64,000 nucleotides of DNA, taken from an uncultured Gammaproteobacteria bacterium. Lineage in GTDB: Bacteria > Patescibacteriota > Microgenomatia > Levybacterales > GWA1-39-11. The stretch covers positions 9,411 to 73,410 of the forward strand of contig CAZDED010000005.1 of NCBI GenBank assembly GCA_964504535.1, in the 5' to 3' direction. Within the stretch, counting starts at the first letter, position 1. The number at the start of each line of letters is the position of its first letter. Positions 48,768-58,020 of the stretch are shown here, one piece after another. The notes below the pieces were generated by a model. That model had not been told where the DNA came from. It saw only the letters and a list, made by a program, of their open reading frames with translations, and searched no databases. The translations under genes and the position numbers were made by a program.

Positions 48768-49556
48768 ATGACCTACCTTGAGGCTATCACCACGACACTC
48801 AAAAGCGCAACATCTCGCTGGGCAGCGGTAGCGCCCGCTTTCCTCAAGCTGCCCGAAGGGCAGGTCGTCGTCGTCCACGTGCTCATCCGCGGCGAACAGT
48901 TCGTTGGACGAGTATCAATGCCGGCGGAGATCACCAGCCAGGCGCGTGCCATCCAGTCGCTTGGCATTCAGACCCTTGGGTTCTACCGCTTCGATGCGGG
49001 CCTCTGGGAGATGGCTTGGAAATTGCTCCAAGCCATCGACGAGTCCACGAAGAACGCACCCAAGCTGTTCGAAGAAGAGCTTCTCAAGAGGCTGCTTTCA
49101 GAGGGCGTAGTCAGGGATGACCTGATCACGCCGGTTCCCGACGATATGGAGGAGTTCTTCCTTCATCGCGTCGGGACGGAGCAGGCCATCGTTATGGCCT
49201 CCGCCGAGGAGGACATCTTCAACGTTCCCGAGAATCCGCTCGGCCGCCTCATCGCGCCCAAGGGGACAGTGGCCATGTATTGGCCAGCCATCGAGAAGGA
49301 GCGAGATGACGTGCGCAAAGCGCGCGAACAGGACCCCATCCTCGGCACCCCGTTTGTAGTAATCCATCACCACTCCTCGCAAGAGGAGACGGACGAGCGG
49401 ACTAGGAGCCGTTTCCGCCGCAACCGCGTCACCACCGAGACCGAGCCGGTTCCCGGAATGGGAGCATCGGAGAGCAAGGATCGTGGTGAGCCTTCCTACG
49501 TTCCGGCCGGTCTCGCAAGGACCCGCCGCGGTCAAGCCGGTCAAGACCTCGGCTAA
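48768..49556 (+). CDS. GC-rich hypothetical protein (cassette F)
   Basis: 262-aa SD-led ORF with strong G/C third-position bias. Confidence 0.8.
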   Translation: MTYLEAITTTLKSATSRWAAVAPAFLKLPEGQVVVVHVLIRGEQFVGRVSMPAEITSQARAIQSLGIQTLGFYRFDAGLWEMAWKLLQAIDESTKNAPKLFEEELLKRLLSEGVVRDDLITPVPDDMEEFFLHRVGTEQAIVMASAEEDIFNVPENPLGRLIAPKGTVAMYWPAIEKERDDVRKAREQDPILGTPFVVIHHHSSQEETDERTRSRFRRNRVTTETEPVPGMGASESKDRGEPSYVPAGLARTRRGQAGQDLG

Positions 49557-49583
49557 CAAGCCGACGCACATCAAGCAACTCCC

Positions 49584-49620
49584 GTCCCCCGATTGCAGAA
49601 ACGCAACCGGGGGACTTTTC
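49584..49620 (+). terminator. Terminator closing cassette F
   Basis: GTCCCCCGATTGC-agaaac-GCAACCGGGGGAC-TTTT. Confidence 0.85.
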
Positions 49621-49674
49621 CTACGCTAAAGCTTGAGCTTTGAACGTATTTTTGGTACAGTGGGTATCAAATAT

Positions 49675-50469
49675 ATGCAAAGCATTTCCCCAAAATTTCA
49701 ACGTAAAAGAATTATCATAACAATTACGGTTCTTATCATTCTTTCAATTCTTATTTTTATGAACAGACTTTCCGGTCCTGTTTTGTTTTTGGAAGGTTTA
49801 GTTCAGTCTATCTTTGAGGTTCCAAAGAGTATCATGTATTCACTGGGAAAAAAAGAGAATGATCAAAAGATACTACAGCTTACTAAAAAAAATCGCGAAT
49901 TAGAGCAAAAATTAGTCGAGTATCAAATAATTAGAAACGATAACAATGCGCTTCGTAGTCAGTTCAATATAAGTTCGGATACCTCTCAAAGTCTTGTTGC
50001 CACAAAAATAATTGGATTTCAGGGAGAGAGCAAACTTCCTTCCGAATTTATTATCAATGCTGGAAAAAAGCATGGTATTAAAAAAGGAATGACGGTAATT
50101 TTTGAAAAATATCTCATTGGGAAAGTAGAAACGGTTGGTCAGAATTATTCGGTGGTCACAACACCTGTGAGTCCCAAGTTTAGAGTTTTGGCAAAACTTC
50201 CCGAAACAAACGCTAATGGACTCTTGATTGGAAGAAGTGATTTTATGTTATTTGATGGAGTTGTTATAACAGACACTCTGAAAAATAATGGAATTATCGT
50301 AACAAAAGGAGAGGTCGGGCGCGATGGGATAGGTGTTGTCCCGGATATGATTATCGGAAAAATAACTTCTATCTCAAAAAACGAAACCTCGCCATTTCAA
50401 AGTGCTGAGATCATGCCAATTATTGATTATTCAAAACTCGTGGATGTATTTGTTATCTCTCAAATGTGA
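49675..50469 (+). CDS. mreC: Rod shape-determining protein MreC
   Basis: TM, coiled coil, INAGKKHGIKKGMTV..LIGKV, PFQSAEI. Confidence 0.9.
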   Translation: MQSISPKFQRKRIIITITVLIILSILIFMNRLSGPVLFLEGLVQSIFEVPKSIMYSLGKKENDQKILQLTKKNRELEQKLVEYQIIRNDNNALRSQFNISSDTSQSLVATKIIGFQGESKLPSEFIINAGKKHGIKKGMTVIFEKYLIGKVETVGQNYSVVTTPVSPKFRVLAKLPETNANGLLIGRSDFMLFDGVVITDTLKNNGIIVTKGEVGRDGIGVVPDMIIGKITSISKNETSPFQSAEIMPIIDYSKLVDVFVISQM

Positions 50470-50888
50470 AGAACTATCAATTAGCATTTCTCATAATTAT
50501 TCTTTGTAGTGTTGCTCTAATGCTTGAAACAACCGTTATAAATTTCCCTGCGGTTTTTTTGATCGGTTCAGTTTTGGCTATTTTAGTAAAACGTACACCA
50601 ATGCTTATTGGAGTCTTTATTCTCAGTTTTATTATAGATGCACTGCGAGTATCGAATTTTGGGATTACAGCACTTTTTATACTGGGCACGCTTTCAATAG
50701 TCTTGCTTTATGAGAAATATTCTGGCTCAGATGACTTACTGGTAGCGTCTTTTGTCATTGCAGTTATGTTATTTTTGTATGCTCATTTTCTACTATACTC
50801 AACAACATTGATTGTTATATTTTTTGGGCTTTCATTTTTAACTCTATATATCGTTAGCATTTTAAAAAAGAAAGGAAAATTATTATGA
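50466..50888 (+). CDS. MreD-like membrane protein
   Basis: Hydrophobic ORF overlapping both mreC and the PBP2 gene. Confidence 0.6.
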   Translation: MKNYQLAFLIIILCSVALMLETTVINFPAVFLIGSVLAILVKRTPMLIGVFILSFIIDALRVSNFGITALFILGTLSIVLLYEKYSGSDDLLVASFVIAVMLFLYAHFLLYSTTLIVIFFGLSFLTLYIVSILKKKGKLL

Positions 50889-52660
50889 AGAGAAGACACA
50901 GACCTATAGGCCATGCATTTTCAGATCATGTGTTTGAAGAACATTTGAAAAGAAAACGTGGATTTTCAGGTTCAAGACTTGAAGGGTTTGGTAGATTTAT
51001 TCCTCTTCTTATTCTTTCTCTTGTTTTTGCACTGCTTGCAATGCGTCTTTTTACATTACAGGTAGTGCGAGCTTCATATTACTCAAGATTATCTGATGCA
51101 AATAGAATACGTACGGAGTTAATAACGGCACCCCGTGGCATAATTTTTGACAGGAATGGGGAGGCATTGGTGCGCAACATTCCAGCATTTGGGACTATAA
51201 AAAATAATAAAGTAGAGTGGTTGGATAGGGACGTTGCTTTGAAGATGGCATCCAATGGAACAAGCGTTCTTGCAATTGTAAAAAGAGATTATTTATATAA
51301 AGACATTTTCTCACACGTCATAGGATATGTAGGACAAGTTAATAGTGATGAATTATTACTTCCTGATTTTAGTGATTATGGAATATCAGATTTTACGGGG
51401 AGGATGGGTCTTGAGGAACAGTATGAAAAATTTCTTCATGGGCAAAATGGAAAACAATTATATGAAGTGAATGCAAAAGGTGAGCGTATACGGCTTTTGG
51501 GTGAAGAGGAGGCAAGACAAGGAGCGGTTCTCAAAACCACTCTTGATGTCGGTCTTCAGAAGGCTGCAGCAAAAGCGATGGAAAAGATAGATAAGGGCGC
51601 TGTTGTAGTTACCGACCCGCGAGATGGATCTGTGATGGCTCTTTATTCAAAACCATCTTTTGATCCTAATTTATTTACAAGAGAACCATCATACAAACCT
51701 GAAGGAGCATATCAGAAGAAAGAAGATATTTTGCTTGATGATGAAAAATTTCCTCTTCTTGACCGAGTTATTGCGGGAGTATATCCACCCGGTTCCACTT
51801 TCAAAATTGTTACTTCCCTTGCTGCACTTTCATCAAATGCCATAAAGCCGGAGACAGAATTTGAAGACACCGGAATACTATCTATTGGAGGAAGTAATTT
51901 CGGTACGTGGAATTACTTGGAAACAGGAAGAAAAGAAGGATTTATGAATGTTGAGCGTGCGCTTGTCCGATCAAATGACATCTTCTTTTACGATGCAGCC
52001 ATGAAAACGGGGATTGATACATTGTCATCATGGTCAAAAAAATTAGGTCTTGGGGAAAAAACAGGTATTGATATACCGGGAGAAGTAAAAGGCACGGTTC
52101 CAAATCCTGCTTGGAAAAAAGAAGAGATTGGGGAGCAGTGGTATCTTGGTGACACAATCAACATGAGTATCGGACAAGGCTTTTTGGAAACGACACCAAT
52201 GCAGGTTAACCTATACACACAATTGGTTGCTAATGGAGGTGAGTTGATAAAACCACACTTGTTGTTTGGGGATGTAAGAATTATTAAAAAAGATTTTATA
52301 GCGAAAGAAAATATTGATGTTGTAAAAAATGGCATGAGGGGTGCTTGTGAGCCAGGTGGTACAGGATACCCACTATTTGGATTTAAAGTAAAAAATGAGC
52401 GATTGAAAATTGATGACCTTGATTATGTAAGAGATGCATCAGCAGGAGCTAATTTTGTACATGTCACAATGGGTTGTAAGACCGGAACTTCTGAGGCACA
52501 TGGAGACAATGCGAAGTCTCATGCATGGTTTACCGTATTTGCTCCTTTCTATAATCCGGAAATTGCAATAACGGTTCTTGCAGAAAATGCAGGACAGGGT
52601 AGTGATATTGCAGCCCCCGTTGCTCGCGATATCTTAAAGGAATATTTTGAGAAAAAATAG
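50885..52660 (+). CDS. mrdA: Penicillin-binding protein 2 (class B)
   Basis: APRGIIFDRNG, PGSTFK (SxxK), SND (SxN position), KTGT. Confidence 0.92.
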   Translation: MKRRHRPIGHAFSDHVFEEHLKRKRGFSGSRLEGFGRFIPLLILSLVFALLAMRLFTLQVVRASYYSRLSDANRIRTELITAPRGIIFDRNGEALVRNIPAFGTIKNNKVEWLDRDVALKMASNGTSVLAIVKRDYLYKDIFSHVIGYVGQVNSDELLLPDFSDYGISDFTGRMGLEEQYEKFLHGQNGKQLYEVNAKGERIRLLGEEEARQGAVLKTTLDVGLQKAAAKAMEKIDKGAVVVTDPRDGSVMALYSKPSFDPNLFTREPSYKPEGAYQKKEDILLDDEKFPLLDRVIAGVYPPGSTFKIVTSLAALSSNAIKPETEFEDTGILSIGGSNFGTWNYLETGRKEGFMNVERALVRSNDIFFYDAAMKTGIDTLSSWSKKLGLGEKTGIDIPGEVKGTVPNPAWKKEEIGEQWYLGDTINMSIGQGFLETTPMQVNLYTQLVANGGELIKPHLLFGDVRIIKKDFIAKENIDVVKNGMRGACEPGGTGYPLFGFKVKNERLKIDDLDYVRDASAGANFVHVTMGCKTGTSEAHGDNAKSHAWFTVFAPFYNPEIAITVLAENAGQGSDIAAPVARDILKEYFEKK

Positions 52661-52702
52661 GCCTTGAATATACACATCTTCTGCTTTATATTCTAGAAAG
52701 AA

Positions 52703-54124
52703 ATGTTAAGAAATCTTGAATCCTCAATGCAAACTGCTCAAAACGGATATGGATCTCCTGACATAATTGATACTGGTCCCTTTATTCCACCAAACGACCA
52801 AATTGGACTATTTGAAGAAGAGCTTCTTCCTTTTTCTCATCGAATTCCTGAAGCACAGCAAGAGACTTTAAGCCTCCAGTTAGAGGGAGTTGAAGCTGAA
52901 AAAGAGGGCAATGTGCAGCAAGGTGAATTTGAGAGACATGATCTTTCGGAATTAAATACAGTTGTACAACAACGAAAAATTTATGACGACATAGATATTT
53001 TGGCAAATAATATTAAAGAAGAAGGACTATTGATTCACCCCCTATTAGTTGCAAGGTATACATCGGAAGAGCAAGCACACGCATATTTAGTTGCTGCTTA
53101 TGGAACTGTTGGCAAAAAAATCCCACCGAATGAAAGAAGAAGGCTCGTTGATTTAAGACAATCAACTTATGATGGAAAACCTTGTTGGTACATTGTAATT
53201 GCAGGACACAGAAGACTAAGAGCTTTAGAAATGTTGGAGGAGGAAAGCTCAGTGGTTCAAGTCTTTGATAATATGCATCCATTAAGAGCTCTTAAAGTGC
53301 AGGTTTCTGAAAATACTTCAAAGCTCCCAAAAGATTTTGAAAGAGCTGAGCAAAATGGAGATCTTTGGTCTGTTGATAAAGCACTGGATCCGAAGTTAAC
53401 TGTTGAACAATTTGCAAAAAGAGTTGGACATAGACCAGAAGTAATTAGACGCGATCTTTTATATTATAGTCTTCCCGACGAGTTAAAAAATCTCGTTGTA
53501 CCACAAGGACAAGAAGATACAGGTCATGGAAACACGAAAGTAGTATCGCAATCGCTTATGCCATTTCGGGTTGCTAGTCAACTTGGGAGAATGGTAGAAA
53601 AGGGGGTGCCAAAGCATGATGTGCTTTTCTTGGCACGAAGATTTTGGGATGAGGGACTATCTAGCGAAGAAGCTGCAAGTAAAAGAGTGAGCGAATATTT
53701 AAAAGCATTTGAGCAAGGAAATCTGAGTATGGATAGTCTTTTCAACATTAAAGCCGAAGAAACTGCAAAGTTACAAAATAACAGAGAGGCTGGAAAAAGA
53801 TTTGTTGACCCATTTAATTCTGCCATAAGATATTTTATGCAAGTCGCAAAGGCAAAAGCATACGGTTTGCCAACAGATCAGGACGGTATTTCTTATAGAT
53901 CGGCAGCAACGCGTATGAGAATATTAACATTGGTAGTTAGAGATTTGATACCGGAAATGAGATCACATTTAACAAAAGAAGGTAAAGAAGAGATTGCAAG
54001 GACGATGGCAGAATGGGAAGAATTGGCTAAAGAGTATGGTGGTATAGGTTCAGGTGTAGGGATAGCAAACGATGCAATGGAAATATATCTGAATAAAGAA
54101 TTCAAGCTAGAGGATGCTCAATAA
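52703..54124 (+). CDS. ParB N-terminal-like domain protein
   Basis: LANNIKEEGLLIHPLLV, IVIAGHRRLRA, QVSEN, HTH-like TVEQFAKRVG. Confidence 0.8.
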   Translation: MLRNLESSMQTAQNGYGSPDIIDTGPFIPPNDQIGLFEEELLPFSHRIPEAQQETLSLQLEGVEAEKEGNVQQGEFERHDLSELNTVVQQRKIYDDIDILANNIKEEGLLIHPLLVARYTSEEQAHAYLVAAYGTVGKKIPPNERRRLVDLRQSTYDGKPCWYIVIAGHRRLRALEMLEEESSVVQVFDNMHPLRALKVQVSENTSKLPKDFERAEQNGDLWSVDKALDPKLTVEQFAKRVGHRPEVIRRDLLYYSLPDELKNLVVPQGQEDTGHGNTKVVSQSLMPFRVASQLGRMVEKGVPKHDVLFLARRFWDEGLSSEEAASKRVSEYLKAFEQGNLSMDSLFNIKAEETAKLQNNREAGKRFVDPFNSAIRYFMQVAKAKAYGLPTDQDGISYRSAATRMRILTLVVRDLIPEMRSHLTKEGKEEIARTMAEWEELAKEYGGIGSGVGIANDAMEIYLNKEFKLEDAQ

Positions 54125-54684
54125 AATTTAGCGGTTCCAATAATATCATCTAATAATTTCTTATTTCCAAAAACTTCATCAGCATTATCTGCAAAAATTG
54201 CGAAATTATAAATATAGTTACCATTCTTAAACAAATTGTAATAGTAATACGCGTCTGCTTTTTCTTCGAGGTTTGAAATTCTTATTCCTTCCATTGTTCC
54301 AAGTTTTATCTTTTGCCGGTTGTAGTTTTTGATGTGTAAATTTTTATCAACAAATTGATCGATTGTTCCTTCAAATTTCCATCCATTTGCTTCAAAGTAA
54401 ACATTATAGGAATTAGGATCTGACGTTTTTTTTGATTTTTTGTTTGCCTCTAACTGCTTTAGAGTAATGTCAATTGGACCAGTAGAATCAACCTTGAAAT
54501 TACTAAGTAGCCCTTCTGGGTATTTAAAGGAGAAGTGATATTGGGAATTTTTGTATTCTTTCCATCCGGAAGTTACGTTAGCATCCTCCTGTGGTATAAC
54601 AATTGGTTTTTCTGATCTTAAGAAAGGAGCAAGGAACAACAAAATCCCAAGTGTGATTAGAGCGGCTGCAATTGATTTTTTCAC
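54118..54684 (-). CDS. Single-TM/secreted protein with WKEY...FKYP (PsbP-like) domain
   Basis: GWKEYKNSQYHFSFKYP ... DDIIGTAKF. Confidence 0.7.
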   Translation of the reverse strand: MKKSIAAALITLGILLFLAPFLRSEKPIVIPQEDANVTSGWKEYKNSQYHFSFKYPEGLLSNFKVDSTGPIDITLKQLEANKKSKKTSDPNSYNVYFEANGWKFEGTIDQFVDKNLHIKNYNRQKIKLGTMEGIRISNLEEKADAYYYYNLFKNGNYIYNFAIFADNADEVFGNKKLLDDIIGTAKFY

Positions 54685-54685
54685 T

Positions 54686-54775
54686 TTAGGAAAACCGGAG
54701 AAATGCCCAAATCAAAAAAGCAACAATAAAACCAAAGCCGGCAATAATTATATTTAGCAATTTATTTTTAAACAT
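54686..54775 (-). CDS. Possible 29-aa membrane peptide (not in ORF track)
   Basis: MFKNKLLNIIIAGFGFIVAFLIWAFLRFS; stop abuts the next GTG start. Confidence 0.45.
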   Translation of the reverse strand: MFKNKLLNIIIAGFGFIVAFLIWAFLRFS

Positions 54776-54830
54776 GACAACAATTAAAAGTATGAAACTA
54801 ATTTTTCTTGCTGTCAAATGATACTATGAA

Positions 54831-55943
54831 ATGATGTTGGATAAATACTCCTTGGGGTTTTCGCTAAGTAATCTTGGGCCAAAAAGTTTTCTAAAATTAA
54901 TCAACGAGTTTGGAGCAGCTGAACGGGCATGGAATGCATCAGAAAAAGAATATGAAAGACTTGGCATTGTAAAAATTACGTATAGGAAGTTCGATGAATT
55001 TCGCAGAACCTATAATAGCATCCAGTATACTGGATGGTTAAAAAAGGAAAAAGTTGAATTCATTGGATTTGGGGATAAGCGTTATCCTACGTCTTTAAAA
55101 AATATAGAAAATCCTCCAATAGGGTTATTTTGTAAAGGAAATCTGACACTTCTGCGTCATCCCGGGCTTGACCCGGGATCCAGTTCATTAAGGATTGGTG
55201 TAGTTGGTACGAGAAGGATAACTCAATATGGAAGGGATGTAACCAGTATGTTGGTTACGGATCTAGTCAAAAATGGAGTAGTAATTGTAAGTGGTCTTGC
55301 GCTCGGTGTTGACGGTCTAGCCCATCATGTAGCGCTTTTAAATCATGGGTATGCGATTGCAGTACTGGCGTGCGGAGTTGACTGTTGTCTGCCATCAGAA
55401 AATTACAATTTATATTCTCAGATATTGCAGCAAAATGGACTTATAATTTCTGAGTATCCGCTGTCACAACCTCCCAACAAAGGAACTTTTTTGGCCCGAA
55501 ATAGAATAGTGGCAGCAATTTCTGACGGATTACTTATAACAGAAGCAGCGGAGGGGAGTGGTTCATTAGTTACTGCTGAGTATTCGTTGCAGTATGGAAA
55601 AAAAGTATTTGCTGTTCCAGGACAGATAACATCCAGGATGTCTGATGGGAGTCTTGAGTTATTAAAAAAAGGAGCGACTTTGGTCAGTAATGCTGAAGAC
55701 ATCCTTGCGAAATTCGAAATACGAAATTCGAAATCCGAAACAAACATCAAATCTCAAATAAAAAAACTTAAACTATCAAAAGAAGAGGAGAAGATAGTTT
55801 TGTTGATTGAAAATGAAGGACTCACTATTGATGAAATTGCAAGAGAATCTAAATTGCCCATCTCTAAAATATTTATTTTGATATCCAATCTAGAACTGTC
55901 TGGGGTAGTGAAGAATAGTGGAGGAAAGATCTCAATTAAATAG
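54831..55943 (+). CDS. dprA: DNA-processing protein DprA
   Basis: VVGTR, VSGLALGVDGLAH, ISEYP, ARNRIVA, VFAVPG. Confidence 0.96.
   Translation: MMLDKYSLGFSLSNLGPKSFLKLINEFGAAERAWNASEKEYERLGIVKITYRKFDEFRRTYNSIQYTGWLKKEKVEFIGFGDKRYPTSLKNIENPPIGLFCKGNLTLLRHPGLDPGSSSLRIGVVGTRRITQYGRDVTSMLVTDLVKNGVVIVSGLALGVDGLAHHVALLNHGYAIAVLACGVDCCLPSENYNLYSQILQQNGLIISEYPLSQPPNKGTFLARNRIVAAISDGLLITEAAEGSGSLVTAEYSLQYGKKVFAVPGQITSRMSDGSLELLKKGATLVSNAEDILAKFEIRNSKSETNIKSQIKKLKLSKEEEKIVLLIENEGLTIDEIARESKLPISKIFILISNLELSGVVKNSGGKISIK
55155..55183. repeat. GC-rich palindromic element in frame within dprA (RHPGLDPGS)
   Basis: cgtcATCCCGGG-cttga-CCCGGGATccag. Confidence 0.8.
55710..55758 (+). repeat. 7-nt-period repeat in frame within dprA
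   Basis: aaattcg aaatacg aaattcg aaatccg aaacaaa catcaaa tctcaaa. Confidence 0.85.
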
Positions 55944-57393
55944 CAAGATTGGGTATAGATTTTGTAATACCTGTTTTTTCTTGGAGTATTGCAGGTACGA
56001 GCCAGAGTTGCCCTGCCTTTATCCTTTGAAGAAGAGTTGGGCTTTCCATTACTGCCATCATATGAGATCGTAATTTAGCGCGTGCATTTCGATCGGAAGA
56101 GGAGGTAGATTTCTCAGGAACCGATTCAGAAAGGAAGGCTATATATGGAGATCTCATTTTGCCGATCTTATCTGCAAGTGCAACTTTAGTTTCTAAATGG
56201 GAAACAGAATCCTCATAATTTGCTACATTCGCACCAAAAGATTGAATGCGCGGATCGTTTTGTCCAACTCTCAGGCCATTGGTAGATGAAGAGATATATT
56301 GTTCGTTGTGTGCGGATACTGGTTGATCTCCACCTTGGTACAATCCGGTTGAATATTGTGAGGCTACAGCTCTTGCCTCGAAAAATCTAAAAGCTTGCTT
56401 CTGGTTTTCAGTGTAGCCCGCCATATTTTGATCGATAAAAGATTCTATATATTCTCTAAATGTTTTGCTTTGTCTTAGTAATATCTTCTCAATATTGTAC
56501 ATTGCATACTCTCTGGAGATAAGTGTTGCAGGATCAGTGAAATTATTTCTAAATAGTCCTGGTTGACCTAGTCTCTGAATTGTTTCCAAGTCATCTGATT
56601 TGAGAATCGCTTTTGTCAATTGAGTAGAGCTTAGGGTTTTGACTCCGTCTACAGTAAATCCTGCTGTTCTAGTATCATACATGGCAGTAAGACCTGCATT
56701 TTTAAGTGGTGAATAGCCACGTGCGAGGGCTGATCTATTAAAGGTAGCTCCTACTGCAACACCGGTATTTGCCAACATTTGTCTAAAAGCATCTCTATAT
56801 GATCCATCATTGGGAAGTGAGCCATTGCCAATCATAAGTTCTACTGCAGCGCATGTTATAGAATCTGGCTTATCCGAATCTTCATGTCCTGTACTAAATT
56901 GTAAAATTTCAGAGCTTTCTTTAAGCGGCCTATCTCCAATTGACTCAATAATTCTTGGGTTTGCTAATTCTAGTTCTCCATCTAGCGGGGAGCGGGTAAC
57001 CGGTACAAGACCAGCCTTAGTTTCTGAAATATCAAATACAGGACTACCTACAAGCACTGGGACAAGTCTTCCGTCGATACAAATAAATATACCAATCGAG
57101 CAAATTCCCCTCAGTTCTTTTTTTTGGCGTTGCGATATTGATTGAAATTCAGGTGACGAAACATATCTTGCGGAAATGTCGCTCGAATTTAAAAATTCAG
57201 CTGCACTTTCCTCAACAGCTTCAACTATTTCAAGTGATGTTGTGGAGGGATCTGCAAAGGGTATTAGTCTGTTGTGATGTGAAGACAAATACGACTGAAG
57301 ATCTTTACGATATGGTTGAAATTTGTTCTCTTCTGATTCACTGCCGAAAAATGAGCCAGGTGAATCTTGCGGTGCTCTTTCAAATTCAAACAT
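55936..57393 (-). CDS. Hypothetical protein with beta-carbonic-anhydrase-like CxDxR motif
   Basis: ICIDGRL and downstream GH-x10-C; 485 aa; leaderless. Confidence 0.55.
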   Translation of the reverse strand: MFEFERAPQDSPGSFFGSESEENKFQPYRKDLQSYLSSHHNRLIPFADPSTTSLEIVEAVEESAAEFLNSSDISARYVSSPEFQSISQRQKKELRGICSIGIFICIDGRLVPVLVGSPVFDISETKAGLVPVTRSPLDGELELANPRIIESIGDRPLKESSEILQFSTGHEDSDKPDSITCAAVELMIGNGSLPNDGSYRDAFRQMLANTGVAVGATFNRSALARGYSPLKNAGLTAMYDTRTAGFTVDGVKTLSSTQLTKAILKSDDLETIQRLGQPGLFRNNFTDPATLISREYAMYNIEKILLRQSKTFREYIESFIDQNMAGYTENQKQAFRFFEARAVASQYSTGLYQGGDQPVSAHNEQYISSSTNGLRVGQNDPRIQSFGANVANYEDSVSHLETKVALADKIGKMRSPYIAFLSESVPEKSTSSSDRNARAKLRSHMMAVMESPTLLQRIKAGQLWLVPAILQEKTGITKSIPNLAI

Positions 57394-57484
57394 AGAGAGA
57401 TATTATAGGACTATGCATCCAAAGTTTCAATAGTTTAATTAATTATTATTGCAAAATGTAAATTATTTACTATAATACTCAAAT

Positions 57485-57889
57485 ATGTCTCAAGTTGATG
57501 ATACGTTTTTTACTTCAGTTGGGTGCATGGATGGACGTGTTCAAAATGCAGTTAACAGTTATGCTTCCTTAGTTTTTGGAGCCGAGTATCCCGATACTGT
57601 AACAAAAGCTGGATTAGATGGGTTGCTTGCTCATGACGAACTAGATCAAAACGAGCATGACTCTATTGAAAAAATGATTATGGTTTCAGTTGATAAGCAC
57701 AAAAGTGTCGGAATTGTTGTACATGGGCATGAACATTGTGCAGGAAATCCAGTGGAAGAAAAACAACATAAAATCGATATCAAAAAGTCTGTTTTGAAAG
57801 TAAAAAAAATGTTGAAAGGAAAAAAAGTAGAGGTAAAGGGAGTTTATATAAGACTTAGTCCGAGAGTCAGAATCATAGATGTTGTTTGA
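57485..57889 (+). CDS. Small putative beta-class carbonic anhydrase
   Basis: GCMDGRVQ, HGHEHCAGN. Confidence 0.8.
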   Translation: MSQVDDTFFTSVGCMDGRVQNAVNSYASLVFGAEYPDTVTKAGLDGLLAHDELDQNEHDSIEKMIMVSVDKHKSVGIVVHGHEHCAGNPVEEKQHKIDIKKSVLKVKKMLKGKKVEVKGVYIRLSPRVRIIDVV

Positions 57890-57930
57890 TTTCTTGATTT
57901 TGAGCTAGATATCTGTTAAACTACTACTTA

Positions 57931-58012
57931 GATCCAAAGACAGCTGGCGCAAAAGAAGTCCAGCCGAGGAGAACATAAGTTTTCAAACGTCGATGGATCG
58001 GCGTTTTTTTTT
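57931..58012 (+). promoter_or_regulatory. Ribosomal protein L10 leader RNA
   Basis: CCAAAGACAGCTGG...CCAGCCGAGG core, closing GATCC/GGATC stem and T run directly before rplJ. Confidence 0.75.
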
Positions 58013-58020
58013 GGTCAAAT

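Noticed and set aside
11954-49574. Antisense and alternative-frame ORFs over the GC-rich cassettes (e.g. 11954-12541, 23114-23413, 49098-49574)
   Set aside because: Expected from stop-codon scarcity in GC-rich DNA; promoter, SD and terminator polarity identify the other frame.
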